A stretch of DNA of 62,634 bases, filler included, from Vermamoeba vermiformis (GCA_045837725.1; 5 parts of 5 records of this genome joined end to end with filler, not necessarily neighbours in it); one strand, 5' to 3'. Shown: positions 1-11,390, numbered from the whole stretch's first letter. Translations and numbers: made by a program. The notes: a model not told the origin generated them from the letters alone.

Positions 1-172
1 GCACTAGCGTAAAAAATCCCGTTGCCCTCAAGGTCTTCCTTGGTTCTTTGGGCATTGAGTCAAGTTATGACGAAAAATAAAAGCAGGACTGAAAGTATTG
101 GCTCCCCTCCTTCCTTGCAATTTTTGGTAAAAGTTTCTTTCAACTCGCAGTCGAATATTGGCAACACTCAAT

Positions 173-1087
173 ATGGAGCGGAAACAACCTACAGTGATAA
201 AAAGCAAGGTTCTCTCTGCCAGCCTCGATCTACTTCCAAAAAAGCAAGTTGTCAAGCAGTCTATGGACAAAACGAAGTATTATATTATTTTAAAATCGCT
301 GCCAATGTTAGGCGATTTTTTAATTGCCAGTTCTGACACGCACATCACGGTGGCTGAAATACAAAATAATTTAGCGCGGATGAAGATCGGAAAAAATTGG
401 AAACTTCTCTCTAACGATGAAGATATCGCTAAGGTAAATTCCTAATACTATTAAATTATTTTTAACATTCAAAATCTACCTGCGAAATTCTTGGAAACGT
501 ACTGACATTGGCTTCTCGATCAGATTCGGCCACTTCTCGAAGCCAAAACGCAGCTCGACGAATATTTAGCGTTAAAAAGAACAAAATTTGAGCTTCCTCT
601 TGATCCTGCTGGTTCTGAGTTTCAAAAGGTACTTGTCGATACGAACATGACATACCGAGTATTTCAGTGAATGATGTCCGTGGCACAATATTGACTTAGT
701 TTCTTCTTAGCGCGTCTGGACTGAATTGCAGAATATTCCCGTAGGGGAGACGGTATCCTATGCCAACTTGTCCAGTAAAATCTGCAACGCTCGTGGACAC
801 GCAAGGTAAAATACCTTTTATTATGTTCGTTCGTTCGTAGAATACAATACGCAATAAACTAACAATTATATCTTATTAGAGCAGTCGGAGCGGCTAATGG
901 GTCAAATCCGATAGAAATTTTTATTCCCTGTCATCGGGTCATCGGATCGACAGGTCAACTCACCGGCTATGCTGCAGGATTACCAATAAAGCAACTGTTA
1001 CTTCAATACGAAACAAAACTCGCTGCGAGGCACCGTAGATTAGCTGCTGAATCAAAATCTTCGAATCCGGACAACAAAGAGAAATAA
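173..1087 (+). CDS. MGMT: O6-methylguanine-DNA methyltransferase (Ogt/MGMT), 4 exons
   Basis: Manual splicing gives ...[54 protein letters not shown]...[46 protein letters not shown]. Active-site PCHRV motif present; TAA at 1085-1087. Not captured as one ORF in the track. Confidence 0.93.
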
Positions 1088-1373
1088 TGAAGATTCGAAG
1101 TGCATATTAATAGGCGCATTCAATTACATCAAGATAAAAAGGATGTAGCAAGGATTGCAAATACGAAATTGCAACGTGTTCGGACGAGTCCGGATTCGTG
1201 TTCGTTTGTCAACTCACAAAGACAAGCCGAATTGCCGGAAACATAAAGAAGGTACACAATAAAATCTTTTTGTTTTATAAAGCTCTAACTATTTACTAAG
1301 ATAGTTGATACAACGGGAGAAATTGCTCTTGTTTTGCGATGCATTTTCTTTGTAAAATTACAATTCAATGCTC

Positions 1374-2036
1374 TTAAGGGCGAACGCATTGAGCAGGTTG
1401 GCAAGGAGCGTCAGGGCAGGTGTGAGTGACACGACGACCGCAGCCTTCACGACCAGCGACGTAAGTGGGCCAGGGCAAGAGAGGATCGACAGATTCGTCG
1501 TAGTTCAAGACGCCGTATTGTTGCAAGAAGCGAACAGAGTCGGACAACCATTCAGTGAACTCGTAGAATTGAGTGCCAGCGAAGTTGGTCTTGCCGAACC
1601 AGATATCGTTGACGACAGACTTAACACCAGCTTGGGTGGTTTGTCTGAATTGGACCTTGACGGCGGCATTGCGAGTAGCAGCGTCGATGGCAAAGCCGTC
1701 AGCTTCAATGAAGACGGTGACGTTGTTGGGGCGAGAAGTGGGCACGCAGAAGCTGTCAATGTCAGCCAAAGCAGCAGTGAGGCCATTGTAACGAACGAAG
1801 AGGTAAGAGAAGAGCACATCCTCGTCGAAAACTTCAATCATTTTGTTTCTGTTGCAAGTAGTGTATGACTCGGCAAATGAGAAGAAAGCACGTTGAACGC
1901 GACCACGATAGCCGACGAAGAGAGGGCCGTTGTAGATGACACCCTCGGGCAATTCATACCAGTTCTCGCTGAATCCTTGAGCAGCAATGATACCAAAGCA
2001 GCCCAAAAGAGCGACAAGTAAGATAGTCTTGTTCAT
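1374..2036 (-). CDS. Secreted protein of unknown family, intronless, Cys-rich C-terminus
   Basis: 220-aa ORF with hydrophobic signal peptide MNKTILLVALLGCFGIIAA, strong codon bias, and a TATAAATAA box about 55 bp upstream on the minus strand. Confidence 0.85.
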   Translation of the reverse strand: MNKTILLVALLGCFGIIAAQGFSENWYELPEGVIYNGPLFVGYRGRVQRAFFSFAESYTTCNRNKMIEVFDEDVLFSYLFVRYNGLTAALADIDSFCVPTSRPNNVTVFIEADGFAIDAATRNAAVKVQFRQTTQAGVKSVVNDIWFGKTNFAGTQFYEFTEWLSDSVRFLQQYGVLNYDESVDPLLPWPTYVAGREGCGRRVTHTCPDAPCQPAQCVRP

Positions 2037-2086
2037 TGTTTTGTGTTGGTTAGTTTTTGATTGAATTGATACTGTGCCGAATCAAG

Positions 2087-2096
2087 TTATTTATAC
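2087..2096 (-). promoter_or_regulatory. TATA box of the secreted-protein gene
   Basis: Plus-strand TTATTTATAC reads GTATAAATAA on the minus strand, upstream of the ATG at 2036. Confidence 0.55.
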
Positions 2097-2385
2097 CTGC
2101 ACAGGGCACGTGATTTTCGGCTGTCACAATTTAAAATTTATTTCTTTCGTAACTTCATATCTCGAATTCCAAGTTTTTGCGCACTTTTTTTTGTGAACGG
2201 ATTACTTAATACTTTTATATTCAGCCCAGAATAGCTCCTGTCTTGCGTCTATTCCTGATTATAGCGGGATTACAAATAACGCTTGTTCACCCTCTGCGCC
2301 AAGGACAAGACTGAAGTTTTAGTGATTGCCGCAACGGAGCTCCAAGACAATTCCGTTACACAAAGTTTACGAAAACTGGCACGTT

Positions 2386-4725
2386 ATGTCCTCAAGGAGA
2401 CGAGATGATAAGCATGCTGCGGTCGGAATAATACGCCACAAAAGCCGAAAGTACGGATCTAACGATCTGCGCTTGTAGGTCGGGTCTTTGATCCGGTTTA
2501 TACCTCTAGGTGCGATCATGACTGGCAAACAATACACGTATTCTTCAATAGCTCCCTACGGACAGTGTGCACGCTTCAGATTAGTTCTCGGAGAACCGCG
2601 AGGTTCGTGTGAACCGACATTTTGATTAAATTTATTAATTTATTTGAACACAATAGATACAGCATAATAACGACTGCCAATAACTTCGGCAGAGGCACGA
2701 GACATCATTTTGCCCGTGCCACGCCTTTTGTGGAATTTATTCTCGGGACTGGTAGCTTTGCGTTAATTTATCGGTGACATTTCATTTCAGGTACTGGTTA
2801 TATTTTATATAGCCAATATTTTATTTTAAATCCTCGGGTCTATTATTATTAGTCTATCAGCTCGTATTTTTTGCCAACTCATCTCGCTGTGAGCACAAAT
2901 CCGTTCTAATCCGCTTTCAAAAATATGACATTGCAATTTTATTCGAGTTCTCGCGAAAATTGTAGAACGATTTGTTCACGGTTGAAATATTTGACGCGGT
3001 GGTGGTGCGTATTAATCATTAAATTCCAAACTAACCCCGACCACGCAAGGCAACGAACAGGGCAGAACTCATTCTGTAGAATTTCCTTCGAGAATGGTTT
3101 TTATGGTTATGGTCACGTTGCGTAAAGATGAAAATGCGATTAAAGTAATAGATCAGCTGAAAGATGGAAATTTGGCAAAGAGCATCGCTAAAATCAAAGC
3201 CGACAACCTGATTATTGTTCAATTTCGATGTAGTGACAAGGATCTACAAGGTAAGTAACATCCAACATCCAGATAAATTAATTACACCAACTTACATTTA
3301 ACGTTCCATTGCGCAAGAAGAATATAATTATAATTGCATTGTATGAGATTTTCTCGATAAAAGCGAAAGTTTCTTTATTTTGTCGAAATTTCTTTCGTTA
3401 TTTTCTGGATGCGCTGCTCGTCGATTAATTGCACTTCTTCAGATGTTTTGAACGGACTGAGTAGCCTCGGTTGCGGAATAGACTTTGGTGTTATCGATGT
3501 TCTTCCTATTCTCGCTACAAAACCAATCTTGCCCGGAGAAGGCGTTCCGCAAGCTCGTAATCGATTGCCTACCGAAGTTATTTATCACAATTTGGAGAGT
3601 GCCTCTCAAGTCACATTCGATTATGCAATGCTACTGATACTGGCGTCGATTTTAGCTGGCATTGGCTTGGTACGCAGCGCAAATCGCTCTAAGCGTGGTA
3701 GTACTGACATGTCCTCTTTGTAAGGCTACCGACAACGCAGTTACTGTTGTTGCCTCTATGCTCGTATCGCCTCTAATGAATCCCATCCTTGCTTTTACTT
3801 TCGGAACAAATATTCGGGACAAAAAGCTAGTTCGAAGAGGTAAGTTTAAACTCGCATTTGATTCGACGGTGCGCTCAATCTACGTTAGGTATTTATACAG
3901 AATTTATTGGCTTTCTGATTGTGTTTGGCTGCGGACTCGTTCTTGGATTGATTTTAAGCCCGTTCGGAAATAGTCTTGGCTTTCCGACGTTTCAAATGGC
4001 TGATCGTGGAACTGCAGTTGGACTTGCATTCGGTGCTGCAATTGCATTTCCATCAGGAATTGGTGTCGCTCTCAGTGTGACAGGTAATTATACGTGGTGT
4101 CGTTTATTAGGTTTTAGCTCACTTAATTTCAGGTGGTGTTATTAGTGGCCTTGTAGGTGTTGCTATTTCTGCCGCGTTGTTGCCTCCAATCGTTAACTCG
4201 GGCATGAATCTCATGTTTGCTCTAGCTGGCCCCTCGTTCTCTGGTCTTGATAGAGAGGAACATTTAATTATTGCCGGTTACAGCTGTGCCTTGTTTTTAG
4301 TGAACATTATTTGCATATGGATTGGTGGGTGCATTCTATTCAAAATCAAAGAAGTTGCTCCATTCAAGAAGTATTCACCTTTCTGGCAAGAACTACCCAA
4401 AATCATGCACCAAAAACCTCAAGACAGACCTTGGAATCGTCCCAATACCTTGCAACGTGTAGTATCAAACCATGAGGCTCCATTATCAGTAACTCCTAGC
4501 AGCTCTCAGCGCATTAGTAGAGCAACAGTTGACTCAATCAGTGCTGTAAATCCATCTGTCAATCCTCCTCCACAAGTAAGTGCTCTAGATCAACCATCAA
4601 TTATTGGCATGAGGAAGTACAATGACCCAATGTGGAAGATTATGTTGGCTGAAAGGTTAGCCACATTAATTCCTGTTGATGGCACAGTTCCTCCTGAGGA
4701 GTTGTATAATTACACAATTCAATAA
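2386..4725 (+). CDS. DUF389 (TIGR00341-like) multi-pass membrane protein, multi-exon; 5' start uncertain
   Basis: Spliced ORF pieces: FDYAMLLILASILAGIGL|ATDNAVTVVASMLVSPLMNPILAFTFG...AIAFPSGIGVALS...SGLVGVAISAALLPPIVNSG, typical of DUF389. Upstream exons (2479-2602, ~2658-2751, ~3157-3250) are inferred. Confidence 0.8.
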
Positions 4726-4999
4726 AGCTCAAAGACAATATGTAATTATGTAAAGCTGAATTGAATCAAATAAAAAAATTACAAAGTGGCTTGAGTCCAG
4801 TTCAGAGCTAGTTCCCATGCTTGCAGTTTCTTCCAGGCAATCTCAGGTATTGTGTGGCGTCAAGCAAAGCAAACCTAAACTAACCACTGTGTTCTGATTT
4901 CCTTGCTGCCAGAAAAGAAAGCCTGAAATGTCTGCTGCCGACCCAGACCCTTCTCCTGCCAAGTCATGCAAGGCTGACACCATGTCTTCTCCTTCCATG

Positions 5000-5159
5000 T
5001 GTGAAACGACTGATGAGTAACGCGGGAAGTAACGATCGTAAGTGAAATAGCGCTTGTGTTTATTATACAAACGCGGCTAGCAAATTGCTAGACGTGATTG
5101 AGTACAACATCGTTCGTTTTATCAATTTTATCTTGGGAAAATTCCCGTGATATTTCACA
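5000..5159 (-). repeat. 3' LTR (160 bp) with TGTGAAA...TTTCACA inverted ends
   Basis: TG...CA termini, 7-bp terminal inverted repeat, adjacent PPT, internal AATAAA on the minus strand. The second LTR is absent, so the call is not confirmed by duplication. Confidence 0.75.
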
Positions 5160-5170
5160 TTCTTCCCCCT

Positions 5171-6934
5171 TTAGTCCCGAGCACGTGGGAGCTTTGCAAT
5201 TTCCGGTTCAAATTCGGCATTAAATTTGAACACCAGCTTGAATAACAACTCAAGCATGTCATCGTAGGATTTCTTGGCCTTGGTGATGATCTGGCGGAAT
5301 TGATTCGCGCGTGTAGAGCTGGTCACGAAAGGTTTGTCCAAGATCTCGATGAGCTGTTTGGCCACTTTCGCCAAAGGAACGTTGGTATCGCGCACGGTAG
5401 TGTAGAGTAAGAAGAGACTCTGGAAGTATGGCTCCAAGGCTTCTGGCACGTCAGGTAAATCTTCGTCATCTGGATTGACATTAAATTTTCTAATGTCCGG
5501 CACAGATTTTGCGGGCGAAGCAGCCAAAAATTCAGGAAAATTACTGTCTTCAATAGTCAAGGAGGGGTTCGTTAACCCAGCGCCAATGCGATCAGATTTC
5601 GATTTTTCTGAATCCAAATCGGACTCAACGAACTCATCATGAGCATCAGCGTCAGGTATACATACCATATCTTCCTCCCCTTCTTTAGACGCAAGAATAA
5701 TCCCGAAATCTTTGTAAGTACCGACGATCCGATCCTTGATTTGATTGAAGTCTTTTGATCTGTCTACCAAATATGCAGGCTTGATGCGTTCAATGTTGGC
5801 ATTAAAAACTGGCCCTCCATAGATGCTGCGTATGCCATAGACGTTGGGATTGAAGACTTCCACAATCTCGTACGGTCCGATCCAAGGGAATGTCAACTTC
5901 TTAGTCAGCCCTTGGGTGCGTTGAGGAAAGAAGTACCACACGACCAGGCCTTCGGGTAAGCAGAGTTCCTTACGATCAGTGTTGTTATTACGAGCCTGAC
6001 GTTCTCTTGCTTCAGCGTTATATTTCGCGACGAGCTCAAAACACGCTTGCAATCGTTTATGCAGCTGATTGACCCAAGCTTCGTCATCAATATGCTCTTC
6101 TTCGTTGGACGATGGGAAGATGCGATGTAGTGGCAAAAACATGTCGCGGCCGTGCATCATGTAGAACGGCGAGAACTTGCTTGACGCGTGGCGCGAAGTG
6201 CGATAGGCAAGCAACACGTAGGGCAGATACTGGTCCCAGTCACGCTGATTGGCATCCACGTATGCGGTAAGCATCTGAGCAAGTGTTTTGTTGAAGCGTT
6301 CCACTAACCCGTCTGTTTGCGGTCTGTAGGGTGTCGTGAAGACCTTTTTGATTGCCATGTAGTCATAGATGGCGTCAGCGAGCGTAGACATAAACTGTGT
6401 TCCGCGATCGCTAAGCAACTTCAGAGGGGCTCCATGTCGAGCTACAACTTCGTCGACGAACACTTTGGCGATGCTTTCAGTTGTAGCGTCGTTCAAGGCA
6501 AAGGCCTCGACCCATTTGGTCAAGTAGTCAGCAAACACAACGATGTAGCGTTTGCGAGTAGAAGTGATCAGCAGAGGACCCATAATGTCCACACCAACCA
6601 TCTCCCAAGGTGCGTTGGCAACGATGTGCATGAGGAGACCAGGTTTTGCTCGAGTAGGTGCTTTACGGCGCTGGCAAACATCGCAAGTTGTCACGTAAGT
6701 CTTGACATCTCGCCACATAGATGGCCAGTAGAACTGTTCTCTGATCTTGGCATAGGTCTTGTCCAATCCCAAGTGAGCGTTCTCGATTCCGCAGTGCATA
6801 CGATGCAGTACGTAGTTCTGCAAGAGCTCCGGCACGCACAGGGCATACGTCACTTCACCAGGGCAATAGGCATGTGTGAGGACGCGGTATACCACACCAT
6901 CCTTGACAGCGTAGTTGCATTCTTCTTTGTGCAC
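5171..6934 (-). CDS. Gypsy-type integrase (HHCC zinc finger, DDE core, GPY/F motif, long C-terminal extension); 5'-truncated pol
   Basis: H..AHLG...CDVC; VDIMGP; LLSDRGTQF; QTDGLVERFNKTL; WIGPYEI. Reading frame uninterrupted for 587 aa. Confidence 0.95.
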   Translation of the reverse strand: MHKEECNYAVKDGVVYRVLTHAYCPGEVTYALCVPELLQNYVLHRMHCGIENAHLGLDKTYAKIREQFYWPSMWRDVKTYVTTCDVCQRRKAPTRAKPGLLMHIVANAPWEMVGVDIMGPLLITSTRKRYIVVFADYLTKWVEAFALNDATTESIAKVFVDEVVARHGAPLKLLSDRGTQFMSTLADAIYDYMAIKKVFTTPYRPQTDGLVERFNKTLAQMLTAYVDANQRDWDQYLPYVLLAYRTSRHASSKFSPFYMMHGRDMFLPLHRIFPSSNEEEHIDDEAWVNQLHKRLQACFELVAKYNAEARERQARNNNTDRKELCLPEGLVVWYFFPQRTQGLTKKLTFPWIGPYEIVEVFNPNVYGIRSIYGGPVFNANIERIKPAYLVDRSKDFNQIKDRIVGTYKDFGIILASKEGEEDMVCIPDADAHDEFVESDLDSEKSKSDRIGAGLTNPSLTIEDSNFPEFLAASPAKSVPDIRKFNVNPDDEDLPDVPEALEPYFQSLFLLYTTVRDTNVPLAKVAKQLIEILDKPFVTSSTRANQFRQIITKAKKSYDDMLELLFKLVFKFNAEFEPEIAKLPRARD

Positions 6935-7775
6935 TCGAGCACTATATATACTCTAGGGCTAAAATTTTTGCTAGGGTTTCTTGTGTATTGATTTTTTCAA
7001 ATAAAAAACAAAAATTTCAAAACACTATATACCCTATAGGGGTAGGGGTGGGTAGGTGGGGGGTTGCGTATTCTATTTTCATTCACATCAGCATCAAACA
7101 GGATGCACGATTAAATATGATATTAGCGGTGTTAGCCCCCGCATAGAAAGGAGAATGAAAGTGAAGTTTATTGATTAAAGTGATGTTTGTTGTTGAGTGA
7201 GATTTCATTGTTAATTCTCATGAAGAATGATGATTGAGGTGCATAGAATAGAGTGATAGTGATTCAATTAGAGGGTGCATAGATAGATGATTTGATGTTA
7301 AGTATTGATTCAATCTGATTTGATCCCCGTATACATAGATGTTGAATGTGTTGATCATTATTATTAGCACCCATTAGAGGTGCATGAATGATCTAATTGA
7401 ATGCATCTGAATGAGGGGGTGTATACAAATAGAATGAAGATGATGATTGTAATAATGAAGTTGAATCCAAATAGAGGGCGTATACATAGGGTTAGGGGCA
7501 GATTCCTGAGTAAGTGAAGTTTGCCATGGGGGGTTTAGGGGGGCTTGCCCCCCTAATAATGATAATAATCACCATATTATATTGATGTACATGCATGTTA
7601 ATGTGAAATAAAGCTGTATAATACCAAAAAATGCCTGCTGATTCCCACTTTTTATCAGAATTTTGGTGAAGTTGCAGGCTGATCTACTTTTATGATAGAA
7701 ATCAGTAGGAGATATAATAAACTTTTATATACAGGGATATTGACACTTAAATATGAATGTTCGGATTGCAAACAT

Positions 7776-7821
7776 GGTCGGCAAAGTCGCAAACTGGTCG
7801 GCAAAGTCGCAACTTGGTCGA
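7776..7821 (+). repeat. 20-bp tandem repeat (GGTCGGCAAAGTCGCAA core) x2 plus a partial copy
   Basis: ggtcggcaaagtcgcaaact ggtcggcaaagtcgcaactt ggtcga. Confidence 0.85.
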
Positions 7822-9047
7822 ACTAGCTGTACAATAGTGCATTAATAGTGATAACAAATTAATTATAATAAATAAAAAGCTTAAAAATAATAGCACTAAT
7901 GCGAACCTTAAGCATAATTAAGGATATAAAAGCAAAAAAGAATCAACAAGCAAAACGCATCTTTCCGTGCAGCCTAGAGGAATGTCCCCTTGCTATCCAC
8001 GTTTATCCTTGCGTGCAAGTCTTACCAGTGAAGGTAAAATTCAGCCCCCGATGTGCACTAGGGAATTCCCCAGGAGTGATCTCATACATCCCGTTGCCGG
8101 GAGGGCTTGACCAACTTATGCATTCTGAGTCACTTTATTGGCTCCCTCACATCAGAAACAGAACTATTATGGGATGAACACCCTCATCTAGCCATGAGAA
8201 AGCCCTTTAAAAGAGCTTTTGATCAAGGCCCATCTTCATGTTCAAAGTTGCATATACACTGAGTATAGGGGGACCAAAGAACACCAACCCAAATCTCTAT
8301 ATCTATTAGTAATATAGCTATATTAATGGATATTCTTGCATAAGCATATTAATAGGCTTTATAATAAGAATGTCCTTTTAACTTTTTAATATGACCATAG
8401 CATTAATAACACTAGTCTAGAGTCATTGGCTTGAATAGTGCATGACTAATCGTTTAAGTTTTAGGTATGTATTAGATTGAACTCTGCTAATAGATTGTTA
8501 TTGCCTATTAATCACATAGGCTATCTATATATATAAACCAGATCCACAGAGTTAAAGAATGCTTGGTAGTGGAACTCATAGCTATGATAAAGCAGATTAA
8601 TATTTCAATAGAAAGCTTATGATTGTGCCTATAAGCAAATGAGATCCACAGCCAACTCAAGTCAACAAGCTTGCAATAGATAGAGTAAAGTGAGAGCTTC
8701 AACTTCTAAATATGAACCCTTACTAGATTTGCTTTGCTAAGGCAGATCCATAAGCATGCAGATCAACAAAGTTTATTGAAAATTCAAGAACTTTGACTTA
8801 CCTATCTAAAAGCTATAGAATATGCATGACAAAGCCTTGTGTAAGAAAATAAAGCTTGTTAAAGACCTTTATCCAAGTAAATGCTTGAATCTGATCCTTT
8901 GTCAAAATCAAAGTGAGGGTTGAACCAGCAATCCTAAAGTTTTTAGTATGGCTAAATAGGGCTTTAAAAACCCTGCAGAATGGTGCTAGTCTTGAGTCAG
9001 TGGCTGTCCTAGAAAGGGAGTAAATCAAGTTAGGGTTTAAGGCTAAG

Positions 9048-9250
9048 TTAGGGTTAGGGTTAGGGTTAGGGTTAGGGGTTAGGGTTAGGGTTAGGGTTAG
9101 GGTTAGGGTTAGGGTTAGGGTTAGGGTTAGGGTTAGGGTTAGGGGTTAGGGTTAGGGTTAGGGTTAGGGTTAGGGTTAGGGTTAGGGTTAGGGGTTAGGG
9201 TTAGGGTTAGGGTTAGGGTTAGGGTTAGGGTTAGGGTTAGGGTTAGGGTT
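9048..9250 (+). repeat. Telomeric repeat array (TTAGGG)n at the contig end
   Basis: About 200 bp of TTAGGG with three TTAGGGG variants; G-strand runs toward the contig end; one isolated unit at 9030. Confidence 0.98.
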
Positions 9251-9350
9251 NNNNNNNNNNNNNNNNNNNNNNNNNNNNNNNNNNNNNNNNNNNNTTAATT
9301 AATTAANNNNNNNNNNNNNNNNNNNNNNNNNNNNNNNNNNNNNNNNNNNN
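9251..9350. other. Artificial contig linker
   Basis: N44-TTAATTAATTAA-N44 (stops in all six frames); identical at four places in the window. Confidence 0.98.
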
Positions 9351-10215
9351 TCGATGTAATTTGCTAATGATGCTCGTTAAGGAATATAATGTCTCTTTCT
9401 AAGTATTAATTTAAATATGCTATTAATAGGATACTAGGCGTCCAGCTCTGGTTCGTGCTTTGACTTCATACAACTCCGCGACTCCGTTACAAATGTAACA
9501 CAGCACTTTGGCGTGATTCTTATCCTTACCAGGTAGAAACTAATATCGAGTATTAGATACGTACACCGTGCAATTATATGAAGACGTACTCGTAAGCTTT
9601 GTGGCACGAGCGTAAGTATCGACAACGAAAAACACGCGCCTTGTTCGGCTACTTCGGCGACAAACGATTCATAAAGAGCCGTATCTATTAAGAATGGTTA
9701 TAATGCGTTCCTTGACGTATTAGTTGAGTACCTTCATCGACGTGTCCCTTTAACTTCCCGTCGGGTGGTCTGCGTGTTGTGAATGCCAGTAAATTGCGAT
9801 GTACATTGAGGCTTGCGCTTATGACATCTATTTTCTTCTTGTGCTTGTATAAATTAGCCCAAACCGGCTCGTGTCCGCTCCCCACAGTTGAGGGAAACTC
9901 GAGAATATCGATCCACGTTACCACATTATTTTCCTGCATTCAAAAAACCATATTAAATATGACAGTTATGTATAAAATATGCGTGGTAGATTAAGATAAT
10001 TAATTAGCATTTTTGAATAATTTAATATTTAAAGAACGGTCACATCCACTGATTTCAAACTTTACCTCGTCAAAATCTTCCCGTGCAAATAAAAATATAG
10101 AGTCGCTTTCTTGACCGACAAGTTTAATTGATACAGGTTGGGTATTGTCATTGATCGGTGGTTTGCTATTTCTAATTGACGCGTAGAAATCAAACCATTT
10201 GTTAAATTGCAACAT
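9351..10215 (-). CDS. GSAP: Gamma-secretase-activating protein / pigeon-like, N-terminal exons (3' partial)
   Basis: Exons MLQFNKWFDF...LVGQESDSIFLF and NLYKHKKKIDVISASLNVHRNLLAFTT resemble the GSAP N-terminal region as I recall it (LLYTFEKDLQVFSCSVNSERTLLA). Runs off the contig. Confidence 0.55.
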
Positions 10216-10418
10216 GGAAGAGCACTAATGCAGCATCAACAACGGCTTTACTTGAAATTTGCTGGCATTCAGGTTTCGAGCCAATGACAGAACATTTTGA
10301 CGTGTGACAGGTCGTTTGAAATTTACGCATCGTCCTCGCCGCTTGCTGAAGTTAACTACGCTTGCAAGAGTTATATCCGCCATTATTGTGATTACTTTTG
10401 TCGTTTTAACATAGTTCT

Positions 10419-11390
10419 TTATTTGGTTGACTGTTTTGGTTTTCTTCCGAACAACCGCTTTACTGCAGCCACAGCACGGTCAATTTTAGGCCCAATGAAC
10501 CAGGCCACGCGCGGAGTCAGTGTGAACGTCAAAAACCACCTATTGAAACAAGCAAATTTTAGATATGTGCATTTATGCGCTTGTGAACCGCTCAAGATTT
10601 GGTGCGGTCAAATGTGTGAATATAAGAACATTTGAATGATTCACATACCGCAGAGGCACAAGTCCCATGGCATCCAATCCTTTCACAACCACGTATGTGA
10701 GTGCACCAGTCGTAAATGTGCCGTGTAAGTTGATGTTGTACTTGAGGAGATCTGCTTCCGTCCATCCAAAAAAGTTCAAGATACTCTCCACAGGTATGAC
10801 ACCCCATGATAGCAGCGAGAACACCACGACGTACGAGGTGATGCCGAGTATCTCGTGGATAAATATGAATGTACTGCCGTATTCTAGCAGAAATTGTGCT
10901 TTCTTTTGCTTGAATCGTTCTTTGGTTCCAAACCACCAACTTTTCTTTTCAATAACACCACTTCCACTCGCAGCTATGTTATTGCCGTTGTTATTAACTT
11001 GATTCGTGTTTGTAGTTGTTGCGGTATCTTTATCACTTTGCTGGTTTGGTGTGCTCGAGTAATATCTTGGCCTGTGTAGCGAATCATAATTTCTGTTTGC
11101 CGTGAAGTTGATTGCAATAGCTTTTGTTCTTAAAGTACTCCGTAGTAGCTGAGGTAAGGATTTTTTTGATTTACTGCTCGAAGCAACTAGGCTAAAGATC
11201 GAAGGCAATTAATACCAAAAAATACCAATTAATTCTAATAATATTTAATTTAATATTAAACGGGCTAATAATTGTATTTTAAAGCAGAGATCCTATTGAC
11301 AGTCTACCTTGTAAGATTCCGAGCACAATTTGCTTTGTGGTTGAATAATCGCACTAATTTACTCTGATTTCTACTTAGTGCGCCTAACAT
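10419..11390 (-). CDS. DUF1279/FAM210-like mitochondrial membrane protein, 3 exons
   Basis: Inferred exon 1 MLGALSRNQSKLVRLFNHK (presequence-like); core KQKKAQFLLEYGSTFIFIHEILG...ALTYVVVK...LVPLR|WFLTFTLTPRVA. Confidence 0.7.

Larger units (their letters stand above)
5000..6939 (-). mobile_element. Ty3/Gypsy LTR retrotransposon, 3' portion only (integrase + PPT + 3' LTR)
   Basis: On the minus strand the integrase stop is followed directly by a polypurine tract (AGGGGGAAGAA, 5170-5160) and a segment starting TGTGAAA and ending TTTCACA (5159-5000). No RT/RNase H upstream; coding character stops at ~6940. Confidence 0.88.

Noticed and set aside
1368-1868. Long antisense/shadow ORFs (also 6317-6991, 17581-18141, 21683-22033, 43422-43817, 60797-61111)
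   Set aside because: They lie opposite well-supported genes and are explained by codon bias.
5171-6934. Stand-alone integrase as a Ginger/Tdd-4 DNA transposon or Polinton
   Set aside because: A PPT followed by a TG...CA LTR directly after the stop indicates an LTR retrotransposon; no TIR pair, polB or capsid genes.
6940-7839. CACTA...TAGTG element
   Set aside because: Only 6 bp of inverted match and no 3-bp TSD.
7899-9028. Short subtelomeric ORFs
   Set aside because: No recognisable motifs and frequent stops; probably decayed repeat sequence.
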